From: Nostoc punctiforme PCC 73102
Lineage (GTDB): Bacteria; Cyanobacteriota; Cyanobacteriia; Cyanobacteriales; Nostocaceae
Reading direction: 5' to 3'
Length of the DNA stretch: 32,000 bases
Assembly (NCBI RefSeq): GCF_000020025.1
Contig: NC_010628.1
Coordinates: 3,210,001 to 3,242,000 of the forward strand
Shown piece after piece: positions 17,112 to 24,380 of this stretch. Numbering within the stretch: position 1 is the first letter of the stretch; the number at the start of each line of letters is the position of its first letter. The position numbers and the translations under genes are program-made. The notes beneath the pieces were generated by a model. That model saw nothing but the letters and a program-made list of their open reading frames with translations. It did no database searches and was not told the origin of the DNA.

Positions 17112-17322
17112 ACTAGTCAGTTATGTACTGGGTTTATTATTCCCACACTGATATCACTTTTAGTATTTCTTCGGCTTGCAATGCAGGCATATAGCTACTT
17201 CTAAAACAAAATATAAATTCCCGCCTGTTCCCAATATTTCGGAGACCCTGCAAAAATTGCCTGACGGTACTTTCAAGCATTTTTGCTTTTCGCTTCGGAG
17301 ACCCTCAAAACAAGGTTTCATG

Positions 17323-18954
17323 TTAACTAAACAATTTATGCAATTCTTCCATCTCAGAATTAGTCTCAGCTTGCAATGCCGTAGCCGCGTCTTGCGGCAC
17401 TCCTCCCAATTCCATTGGGTTCGTTAGGGCAATAATTACGGCTTCCGAGTCTGGGCTTCTCCCTAATCTGGATTTGGTTTTATCCTTGGGTTCACAGAAG
17501 ATTTCATCTTTGGTATTCGTACTATATCTTGTAGCAGTCAAATCTTGGAATACATACTCTTCATTTTCCAGAGGAGCGATCGCTATTCTCCCACCCATCA
17601 ATAGTTCTCGAAACTGCCAGTACAACTCTGCCTTGAGGTTAGTAAATTTCTGCTTTGGTTCCTCTTTTTGTTTTTTCTTCTTGTAGCTGGGGACATCCCC
17701 AAAACGACAAGGCAAGGCTTGATACCCGGTTTTTTTGAGTTTAGCGAGTGTCCCAGCGCCAACTCCGGTATTATCCACAGCAATTGAGTAACCAGTACCA
17801 AGTAGCTTAATTTGACTTGCTGCAATATCGGCGGCGCGTTCTGTGTCGAGTAAGTCTCCCTTGGTGGGGTGGATTTGCACTTCGTACAATACTGGCCCGC
17901 GTAGCAGTGCCAAAGCGTGAGGATCGCCGCCGTCGCCAACATCTAAGCCTAATCTCCAAGGGTAACGCTTGGCGATCGCATCCCAATATTGTGGATTTTG
18001 ATCGTAGAGCGATCGCGCTTGTTTGAGTAGGGTGAGTAGGATGATGCCGTCTGCTGCATCTTCTGCGTATTCACCCATCACCCGCCCTTTCCAATATGCT
18101 GAAGTTTCAAACTTCTCTCGCCGGACTCGTTCTATCCAATCAATTGAGATTGCGCCGGGGATGCGATCGCGCGGGAATTCTGGCGGCCACTCTTGCTGTG
18201 GTTTAATTTCTCCATCTTCATTGATGATATGTTCGGCTACTTCAGGTTTTAATCTGTAAACGCCATCAGCACACAGTTCATAGGCCCACGAAACATTAGG
18301 GTGACTGAACGCAGAAACAGTCAGGCAACGCTTATCTAGTTTACAAGTCTTAGCAAATTGCGACTGCGGATCTACTGGGTTCCCTATCCTCAATCCCCTA
18401 TTATCTGAGCCAGTCAAACAAGCAATAAACCCGTTATCAATCTGTGGTGTTATCCCGTCCGCTTCATCCTCAATCAGCAATTGCTTTTGTCTATGCTGAC
18501 CCTGAAAGGAATTCTCTGAATAATCACGACTAGTTATGCCAAATGCGTACACAGTCTCAGAAAACAGCAGTTGCATAATGTCGCATCTACCGCCCAATTT
18601 GGTTTTGTGCAAACCGTGAATTTTTCGCAACTCTGCCCACAGTATCCACTTAACCTGATCTTCACTAGGTGCAGTAGTAATTGCCACACCGCCCACGCAA
18701 AACAGGAAATAGATTACAAGTAATGAAGCGATAAAGCTTTTCCCGGTTCCGTGTGCTGCTTTGACATTGGTGATAGGGCGATCGCGTACTGATTCAGCTA
18801 TTATTGTTTGCTCGTTAGTTAGCTCAATACCCAGTTCGTTTTTAAAAAAACCTACCGGATCGTCAGCGTACTGGGGAAAGGGGATAGGACGCGAACCACC
18901 ATGAACTAGTGCGGCATATTTAGATGACGAGGTTTTAAGTTTGGCTAGTCCCAT
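17323..18954 (-). CDS. terL: Terminase large subunit
   Basis: Walker A-like AAHGTGKS and Walker B-like LLIEDEADG. The C-terminal RNase H-like nuclease region begins LGLDVGDGGDPHALAL. Size is 543 aa. Sits in a cluster with the small subunit. Confidence 0.9.
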   Translation of the reverse strand: MGLAKLKTSSSKYAALVHGGSRPIPFPQYADDPVGFFKNELGIELTNEQTIIAESVRDRPITNVKAAHGTGKSFIASLLVIYFLFCVGGVAITTAPSEDQVKWILWAELRKIHGLHKTKLGGRCDIMQLLFSETVYAFGITSRDYSENSFQGQHRQKQLLIEDEADGITPQIDNGFIACLTGSDNRGLRIGNPVDPQSQFAKTCKLDKRCLTVSAFSHPNVSWAYELCADGVYRLKPEVAEHIINEDGEIKPQQEWPPEFPRDRIPGAISIDWIERVRREKFETSAYWKGRVMGEYAEDAADGIILLTLLKQARSLYDQNPQYWDAIAKRYPWRLGLDVGDGGDPHALALLRGPVLYEVQIHPTKGDLLDTERAADIAASQIKLLGTGYSIAVDNTGVGAGTLAKLKKTGYQALPCRFGDVPSYKKKKQKEEPKQKFTNLKAELYWQFRELLMGGRIAIAPLENEEYVFQDLTATRYSTNTKDEIFCEPKDKTKSRLGRSPDSEAVIIALTNPMELGGVPQDAATALQAETNSEMEELHKLFS

Positions 18955-19518
18955 CTATCCAAAAGGATTGGAAATATCCAGCCTAGTAATAACACAGTCT
19001 TCTTCGTAAGTTCTTAAAAATTCCCATGCTTGCTTGTTCCATCTAGCATCAGCAAGTGCGTTGTGTTCGCCTTTGTCTTGTTTTGGTAATTCTGGATCGC
19101 CTAGCTGTTTACACCATTGCTTGATGTCGTTGGCGTACATTGGGAACCCTTTGGGAAGGTCAATCATTGCCCCAAATAACTGACAGAAGGCCACCCAATC
19201 GTAATCAGCATAGTATCCCCAAAATTCTGGCTTCCACCCTTCCTCAAAATGTGGCTCTTTGGGATACCAGCTTAGAAACCTGACAATACTGGTAGCGATC
19301 GCCTGTCTTGTTTTCCATCGATCGCTACCAGTGCAAGTTAAAAAGTCGCCTTCTAAGTGAGGGAGAACGTTTGCTTTAACCCAATTACTTGCTCGACTGA
19401 AATCACATTCAGCATTTTGAAAATATAGCTCACGCCCATCTTCGGCAACTATGCCAATTGAAATAAGCTCTATTGTACGACCATCTTCAATAAATTCTGT
19501 ATCTAGCCAGTAGTGCAT
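18955..19518 (-). CDS. DEDDh 3'-5' exo(ribo)nuclease, Rv2179c-like
   Basis: The N-terminus MHYWLDTEFIEDGRTIELISIGIVAEDGRELYF closely matches the Rv2179c family N-terminus as I remember it (DTEFIEDGRTIELISIGVVAEDGRE). Further acidic motif YADYDW and H-x4-D motif HNALADARW. Abuts the terL start. Confidence 0.8.
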   Translation of the reverse strand: MHYWLDTEFIEDGRTIELISIGIVAEDGRELYFQNAECDFSRASNWVKANVLPHLEGDFLTCTGSDRWKTRQAIATSIVRFLSWYPKEPHFEEGWKPEFWGYYADYDWVAFCQLFGAMIDLPKGFPMYANDIKQWCKQLGDPELPKQDKGEHNALADARWNKQAWEFLRTYEEDCVITRLDISNPFG

Positions 19519-19544
19519 AAAATTATTAAGGTTATGTGATTTAT

Positions 19545-19561
19545 AAGCGATCGCCTACTAA
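19545..19561. repeat. 17-nt direct repeat copy 1 (AAGCGATCGCCTACTAA)
   Basis: Identical to 19781-19797. Contains HIP1. Lies between the stop of the 71-aa ORF and the exonuclease start. Confidence 0.8.
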
Positions 19562-19562
19562 T

Positions 19563-19778
19563 TTAGATGATGATTTCTTGAGCAAAAGCAAAAGGAACAT
19601 ACGCAATACCTCTTGAGGATTGTGCCATCAATCCTTGTTGAACCAATTGTGAAACGTCCACAGCATACTGCTTTGGTATACCGTCCACAACTTCCACAAC
19701 ATCAAAAACCTGCTCTACAAAATTGTTAAACCACATTTGATAGCGTTCTGTATCTGGTTGTGTGATTTTAATTTGCAT
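19563..19778 (-). CDS. Hypothetical protein (71 aa)
   Basis: ORF between terS and the exonuclease, bracketed by the 17-nt direct repeats. No family recognised. Confidence 0.5.
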   Translation of the reverse strand: MQIKITQPDTERYQMWFNNFVEQVFDVVEVVDGIPKQYAVDVSQLVQQGLMAQSSRGIAYVPFAFAQEIII

Positions 19779-19780
19779 AA

Positions 19781-19797
19781 AAGCGATCGCCTACTAA
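19781..19797. repeat. 17-nt direct repeat copy 2 (AAGCGATCGCCTACTAA)
   Basis: Identical to 19545-19561. Lies between the terS stop (19809) and the start of the 71-aa ORF (19778). Confidence 0.8.
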
Positions 19798-19808
19798 CTA
19801 TCACAATC

Positions 19809-20402
19809 TTAATCTGGTTTACCAATCGTTCTCAACTCTTCTTCCATCCTCCCTATACCCTCACCAATTACTCTTGCTTGCTCTGGTGTTGCTACACCTT
19901 CAGCCAACAATAATTGCACCGCATCAAGTACAGGAATATCTTTAGGATACAACCGTAGTCGCTTCATTAATTTTTCTAACGCTGACAATTTATCATGCAT
20001 CGTTACCGTTGTTGTGGTGGTAACTCCGTCTTTACTTAAAGTTTTGGATACTGTAATACTTTTTACCGAAGCCTTGGCGCGATCGCCCCACTCCTCAGAC
20101 TTCTTGATTTTTATGTTATCGCCATCGTACTCTAAGATATCAGTGATCCTTGAAAGGGCGATCGCTGCTACCTCAGCAATAATTTTTACCTCAGACAGTC
20201 CCGCAATTTCCCCTAGATAGGCTTGTATCTTAGTGTTTCTTAGTAGCGCACAAGCGCTTGCAGCAGCGGAGTTATCGTTTTTGACATTGTATCCTGCTCT
20301 GATATATGCACGAGTTTTATTGAGGTCTTTGACGTACTCGTGACAAAACCTCAGTTGCAAGTCTGTTAATTCTTGTGGGTTAGTTTTCTTATCCCCAGGC
20401 AT
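19809..20402 (-). CDS. terS: Terminase small subunit (Terminase_2-like)
   Basis: The N-terminal LTDLQLRFCHEYVKDLNKTRAYIRAGYNVKNDNSAAASACALLRNTKIQAYL fits the small-terminase HTH pattern (LT.KQ..F..EY....N...A...AGYS). Same strand and cluster as terL. Confidence 0.85.
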   Translation of the reverse strand: MPGDKKTNPQELTDLQLRFCHEYVKDLNKTRAYIRAGYNVKNDNSAAASACALLRNTKIQAYLGEIAGLSEVKIIAEVAAIALSRITDILEYDGDNIKIKKSEEWGDRAKASVKSITVSKTLSKDGVTTTTTVTMHDKLSALEKLMKRLRLYPKDIPVLDAVQLLLAEGVATPEQARVIGEGIGRMEEELRTIGKPD

Positions 20403-20503
20403 TGATCAATAAGGGCGAAGTAATCTAACTTTAACCTGAGACGCTATGCCAGTGAATGAGTAAACACCCCAATTAGGTAATGATTTGGTAGGGAATTTAA
20501 TTT

Positions 20504-20860
20504 ATGGCTAGTTGGTCAACAATCGACAGGGAAAGTGAGTTCTATTCAATCTTTGGTGAGGAAAGAATACCTATACTTTCTATAGTTCCAATCATCCCAA
20601 GAGTTGCAGGATCGCCGCCGTGCTACGTAGTATTAGGGCGTGAACTACCGCCACACATGGTAGAACAGCTAGCCATTAAATTGTTTGATGTGTGGCGACC
20701 AGAATGTGAGTCATTGCAAATGGCGACTGACTACATATTGAAAGGACTGCCATTAAAAACCAGTCATTTTAATGGGTGCGGGACGGATGATTATTTTCAA
20801 ATGCAGATGGGAACAGCTTTAAACGCTGCAATCCATTTTGCTTACAGCGATCGCCCATAA
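20504..20860 (+). CDS. Hypothetical protein (118 aa), plus-strand cassette gene 1
   Basis: Opposite orientation to all flanking virion genes. Its stop codon lies inside the left copy of the 25-nt inverted repeat. No family recognised. Confidence 0.5.
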   Translation: MASWSTIDRESEFYSIFGEERIPILSIVPIIPRVAGSPPCYVVLGRELPPHMVEQLAIKLFDVWRPECESLQMATDYILKGLPLKTSHFNGCGTDDYFQMQMGTALNAAIHFAYSDRP

Positions 20861-20871
20861 CAAGCGATCGC
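20847..20871. repeat. 25-nt HIP1-N9-HIP1 element, left copy (GCGATCGCCCATAACAAGCGATCGC)
   Basis: Perfect reverse complement of 21754-21778. Each copy can also fold on itself, because the two HIP1 octamers are self-complementary (8-bp stem, 9-nt loop). Confidence 0.85.
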
Positions 20872-20886
20872 CATAAACAACGAACA

Positions 20887-21099
20887 ATGCAAACCACAAA
20901 ATTACAAAGATTTTTGCTTGGTGTTGATCTTATTAGGCGTTACGAGGTAGACGCAGAAATAGGGGTTAATCACGGATTTATTAACATTGGTAGTTACGAG
21001 ATTTGCTACTCGAAGATGCCAGACCATGAATGCGCCTTAATGAAGCAGTGGGGATGGGTTGAAGGTAACGGGGGTTGGTCATTTTACACTGTGGATTAG
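20887..21099 (+). CDS. Hypothetical protein (70 aa), plus-strand cassette gene 2
   Basis: ORF inside the inverted-repeat-bounded segment. No family recognised. Confidence 0.45.
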   Translation: MQTTKLQRFLLGVDLIRRYEVDAEIGVNHGFINIGSYEICYSKMPDHECALMKQWGWVEGNGGWSFYTVD

Positions 21100-21201
21100 G
21101 AAGCGTAGGCGCTCGATCGCTCACTACCGCAACGCTCACGTCAACTCCTATCTCTTGCTCAAGTATTGGTATAGTTAGTCTGTTGTGTTCAAGCATCTAG
21201 T

Positions 21202-21753
21202 ATGGCAGAAGAAGGAGTATGGGTAGTTTCTTGGACGACTCCAGAGTTTGAGCCAATTGTTAGGGTTTCCAAAAACGATCAGGAAGTTTCACTATCTTCG
21301 TTTGCAGCTACCCAACACGCGATCGCTATTTTTAATGCTGCTGCTTACGCCGAATCAGAAGTGGCGCTATTTAAGGCTTTAGTCCCAAATGTGCCTAAAG
21401 GATTTGGTAAGCCTAGCAAAGATGTACAAATGGCATTGATGATGCTAAAAATGCTACGAGATAAACGGGAACCTTTGCCTAGTAATATTAGCGGTATTTT
21501 TGGATTTAATACTCAAAAACCTTTAGTAGAGATTGATTACGGAAAGTTTAAATTACAGTATGAATTAGATGAAGTCAGGTTTCACGCTGCATCACTACTA
21601 GAAGCAGCAGAAGCGGCGAGGTTTGATGCCTTCTGGTTTAAGTTTGGCAACCAAGAGTTAGGATTAGAAGAATTAGAAATACTTGGCATTGTTCAAAAGT
21701 ATCGTCTTTACAAACAGAAATACTCAATTGAAGCAATGTTCAAAAAGTCTTAA
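21202..21753 (+). CDS. Hypothetical protein (183 aa), plus-strand cassette gene 3
   Basis: ORF inside the inverted-repeat-bounded segment. The right repeat copy starts 1 nt after its stop codon. No family recognised. Confidence 0.55.
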   Translation: MAEEGVWVVSWTTPEFEPIVRVSKNDQEVSLSSFAATQHAIAIFNAAAYAESEVALFKALVPNVPKGFGKPSKDVQMALMMLKMLRDKREPLPSNISGIFGFNTQKPLVEIDYGKFKLQYELDEVRFHAASLLEAAEAARFDAFWFKFGNQELGLEELEILGIVQKYRLYKQKYSIEAMFKKS

Positions 21754-21778
21754 GCGATCGCTTGTTATGGGCGATCGC
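21754..21778. repeat. 25-nt HIP1-N9-HIP1 element, right copy (GCGATCGCTTGTTATGGGCGATCGC)
   Basis: Perfect reverse complement of 20847-20871. Sits between convergent genes 21202..21753 (+) and 21787..22173 (-). Confidence 0.85.
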
Positions 21779-21786
21779 CCGTCAAC

Positions 21787-22173
21787 TTATTCTGCTGGAG
21801 GATCGTCTCTGGTATCTCCGGCCGCAGTAAGAAAAGCGTCTAGGTGAACTACGTTCTCTTTCTTGGCCACATTCAGCGATGGCGTAACACCACCCGCTGC
21901 GTAGGTTGTGGCGTTGCCTGCAAAAGCGTAAATCAGAGAGCTAAGAGTAATAGTAGCCTCAGTATCCGACTCTAGTATTGAATAGGGTAATACTACGCGG
22001 AATAGTACTTTATTAGCAGTCCCCCCACCATCTAAGGTGACAGGGGTGTAAATATCAACAATAAAACTTTCATCTGTACCATCGGCGATCGCGGCTGTTA
22101 AGGGCAAGCTTTTTGCTGTTTTGGGCGCATTGGTCAACCTGTTGAAAGTTTCAGTTTTCGTCATCGTCGTCAC
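21787..22173 (-). CDS. Hypothetical virion-module protein (128 aa)
   Basis: Last minus-strand ORF of the head-to-tail-tube operon. Overlaps the upstream ORF by 23 nt. T/A/G-rich. No family recognised. Confidence 0.5.
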   Translation of the reverse strand: MTTMTKTETFNRLTNAPKTAKSLPLTAAIADGTDESFIVDIYTPVTLDGGGTANKVLFRVVLPYSILESDTEATITLSSLIYAFAGNATTYAAGGVTPSLNVAKKENVVHLDAFLTAAGDTRDDPPAE

Positions 22174-22414
22174 TCCACATAAAGTCTTTTACGTTCACCG
22201 TCTTTTGTTCGCCAGTGGCTGACTGGAATACTAAAGTTTGTTTACTGTGTTCTTTCAGCCATTTTTGAGCTTGTTCGCGCTCGTATTCTTCCTCTCGTTC
22301 CTTGGGGTCGCGGCGTAGTTCTACAGTTTGTTCCAAAAGGTCGTTGAGGAATTGGACGGGGAAGGATTCAACTAGATACGGAACTAACCCGCCTTTACCG
22401 TAAGCCTCAATCAA
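22151..22414 (-). CDS. Downstream (T-like) part of the tail assembly chaperone pair; probably expressed as a -1 frameshift extension
   Basis: The track ORF starts at a TTG, not an ATG. Its frame is the -1 frame of ORF 22429..22989 and stays open upstream to 22639, as I checked codon by codon. Acidic C-terminus DDDDEN. Confidence 0.5.
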   Translation of the reverse strand: MIEAYGKGGLVPYLVESFPVQFLNDLLEQTVELRRDPKEREEEYEREQAQKWLKEHSKQTLVFQSATGEQKTVNVKDFMWSDDDDEN

Positions 22415-22428
22415 TAAAGCAAATAAAT

Positions 22429-22989
22429 CTACTTCGAGATTGCCGGAACTTCTGACACTGGCTCTGCTTGAATCTGCTCTAGCGTTTGTTCTAATTTTGC
22501 CATTCGCACCTTGCGGCTTTCGTCCTCCCTCTCCCGTACCAGACGGAACAGGGTTGCCGAAAAATTTATATCGTGAATCTTGGCGATAAGGGAAGGGTCG
22601 TTGACCAGATTGCCGTTTGCGTCTTTTTCTCGCTCTAGATTATCTTTGATGTTTTCCGAAAAAAATATCCTGCCAAGTTGAGCTAAATCTGAAGAGTTGG
22701 CGATCGCCTCTATATCAAATCCTGGCTCAGGTTGTCCAACTACCGGAAGGATGGCCGCGAGTTTAACCATATTCTCCCATGTGGACTTATTAACCAAGAG
22801 GTGGGCTAATCGCCCGTCATGCTCTACAAAATCTCGTAGTAGCTTTTCTTGATAATGGATAACTTCAGATAGTCCGCCCTTTTTGCTTTTAAATGGGGCG
22901 GGGCGAACTGTTATCTTTTTGCTGGGGTCGCCGTTTTCATTCCAGTAAATAACTTCAAATTCTGGGTATTCACGTTTGACATTGGTCAT
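22429..22989 (-). CDS. Tail assembly chaperone (gpG-like, 186 aa)
   Basis: Lies immediately downstream of the putative tube gene. Contains an in-frame slippery heptamer, with the downstream ORF in the -1 frame. The call rests on position and frameshift geometry. Confidence 0.55.
   Translation of the reverse strand: MTNVKREYPEFEVIYWNENGDPSKKITVRPAPFKSKKGGLSEVIHYQEKLLRDFVEHDGRLAHLLVNKSTWENMVKLAAILPVVGQPEPGFDIEAIANSSDLAQLGRIFFSENIKDNLEREKDANGNLVNDPSLIAKIHDINFSATLFRLVREREDESRKVRMAKLEQTLEQIQAEPVSEVPAISK
22561..22567 (-). promoter_or_regulatory. Candidate -1 programmed frameshift site A-AAT-TTT
   Basis: The minus-strand codons are ATA AAT TTT (I-N-F of ...HDINFSA...), giving X XXY YYZ = A AAT TTT in the zero frame. 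After a -1 slip the reading continues AAA TTT TTC... in the open -1 frame. Predicted fusion is about 279 aa. Confidence 0.35.
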
Positions 22990-23023
22990 TGGTCATTGGT
23001 CATTAGTCATTGGTCATTGGTTG
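22982..23023. repeat. STRR2-type heptamer array (TTGGTCA x ~6, one unit TTAGTCA)
   Basis: The sequence is TTGGTCA TTGGTCA TTGGTCA TTAGTCA TTGGTCA TTGGTTG. The chaperone start codon (22987-22989) lies within the array. On the minus strand each unit reads ATGACCA. Confidence 0.9.
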
Positions 23024-23099
23024 ACTGATAATTGCAAAAACGCCCGATTAGTTTACTAATGTATGCGAGTATAACTAATGTTTTTATACCTAACTTTGC

Positions 23100-23894
23100 C
23101 TAGTTATCGCAATACACCGTACTTGCTAGTTCGTAAACTTTGTATGGCTCGCAAACTCCCAGTCCTGACAGATCAAACTTTATCTCTAAGTTGTCAGCTT
23201 TAGGATCGAGCTTGGAGCCAGAAGGGTCAATCTGAGCAGAATAAACCTCGACCAAGGTAACGGTGTCGTCACTAGATCGAGCAATAATATTGATTATTTG
23301 CGTACCTAAAGATTCTTCTGATACGGTTCTTGCCGCGATCGCAGGCAAAGGAACCTTAATATGCGTTATTTGGTTGAGTAAATTGGTAGAGAATTTTTTG
23401 GCGAAATTAGCTCCAATCGCAAAACTATTATCAGTACTTGGGCTGAAACTGTCATAAGGTTGTTGAATTAGAGGCAAAACGTCTTGATTATCAGCAACAA
23501 TCGACGCAGAGGTTTGCACATCTTTGACTACACCATAACCAACCTTCCCTGTTGGTGCGCCTGGGTAGGTTAATTTTCTAATTTTTAGTTCTTTAGGAAG
23601 AATGAGATTGTCAAAAGTGCTACGGGTAATTTTTCTGCCACGCTGCAAAGCATAAAGGTCAAGCGTTGAGCCTGAATAGGTCAACGTTAAAACGGGCTTG
23701 AAACCCTTAACATTGTTGCCAATATTTGTTTCTCGGCCGTAAGCGTCACCTCCTGTAATTTTTTCGACATCTGGGTTGTCATCAATAACAGCATTGGTAG
23801 GCAGTCTTCCCGCCCGGACTACCCCTGTCTCCTCATCCGTTATGGTCATACCCATCACACCCGACCATTTTCTGATATAACTCTTTTCACTCAT
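23100..23894 (-). CDS. Putative major tail (tube) protein (264 aa)
   Basis: Sits after the neck genes and directly before the chaperone pair. No sheath-sized ORF nearby. The call is by gene order only. Confidence 0.5.
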   Translation of the reverse strand: MSEKSYIRKWSGVMGMTITDEETGVVRAGRLPTNAVIDDNPDVEKITGGDAYGRETNIGNNVKGFKPVLTLTYSGSTLDLYALQRGRKITRSTFDNLILPKELKIRKLTYPGAPTGKVGYGVVKDVQTSASIVADNQDVLPLIQQPYDSFSPSTDNSFAIGANFAKKFSTNLLNQITHIKVPLPAIAARTVSEESLGTQIINIIARSSDDTVTLVEVYSAQIDPSGSKLDPKADNLEIKFDLSGLGVCEPYKVYELASTVYCDN

Positions 23895-24378
23895 TGCACC
23901 CGATATCCTCTGTTATTTCAAAATTTACTAGTAAAAATGTATACACTGGTTCGCCGTTGAGCGACATCACCCGGTACTCAGCTTTAATCTGGCTTTCAGG
24001 GTCGAAACTTGGGCAACATCCCCGATGGTTAATCCCGTACTCTCTCATAAGTGAATCAATATTAACCGCAACCCATCTTAAAATCCCTGGTATCCGTTCT
24101 TCATCTGGAAAACTCAGACAATATCCTATGGTCATCTGAGTGGTATTTTGCCCCCAAGTGAAGTTATCGGTATTTCGGTATACCTTCAATAGCGGGAACG
24201 AGGATAAATCAGCAGGAAGGGAGTTGTAGCAAATCGCGTGACGCACTGCTACGATTCCCGTCTTCAATTCACCAATGCGATCGTTGAGTCCATCTTTGAT
24301 GTAGGTGGCGATCGCCTGCATTGATGGATCGATCGTGGGAAGGGCGAGTTCGGGGAATGTGGAAGTTGACCAAACCAT
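23887..24378 (-). CDS. Neck/tail-terminator-position protein (163 aa)
   Basis: 8-nt overlap with the tube gene start. Position is consistent with a tail terminator or head-tail joining protein. No motif firmly recognised. Confidence 0.5.
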   Translation of the reverse strand: MVWSTSTFPELALPTIDPSMQAIATYIKDGLNDRIGELKTGIVAVRHAICYNSLPADLSSFPLLKVYRNTDNFTWGQNTTQMTIGYCLSFPDEERIPGILRWVAVNIDSLMREYGINHRGCCPSFDPESQIKAEYRVMSLNGEPVYTFLLVNFEITEDIGCNE

Positions 24379-24380
24379 AG

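Noticed and set aside
17176-17427. An 83-aa plus-strand ORF spans the terL-downstream gap and the terL 3' end.
   Set aside because: It starts at a non-ATG codon, overlaps the terL stop region antisense, and covers the repeat motif at 17238-17305. Its sequence looks like a random translation.
20401-20410. A 10-nt palindrome, ATTGATCAAT, overlaps the terS start codon and might be a regulatory or pac-related site.
   Set aside because: Perfect 10-nt palindromes are expected about 30 times by chance in 32 kb, so there is no supporting context.
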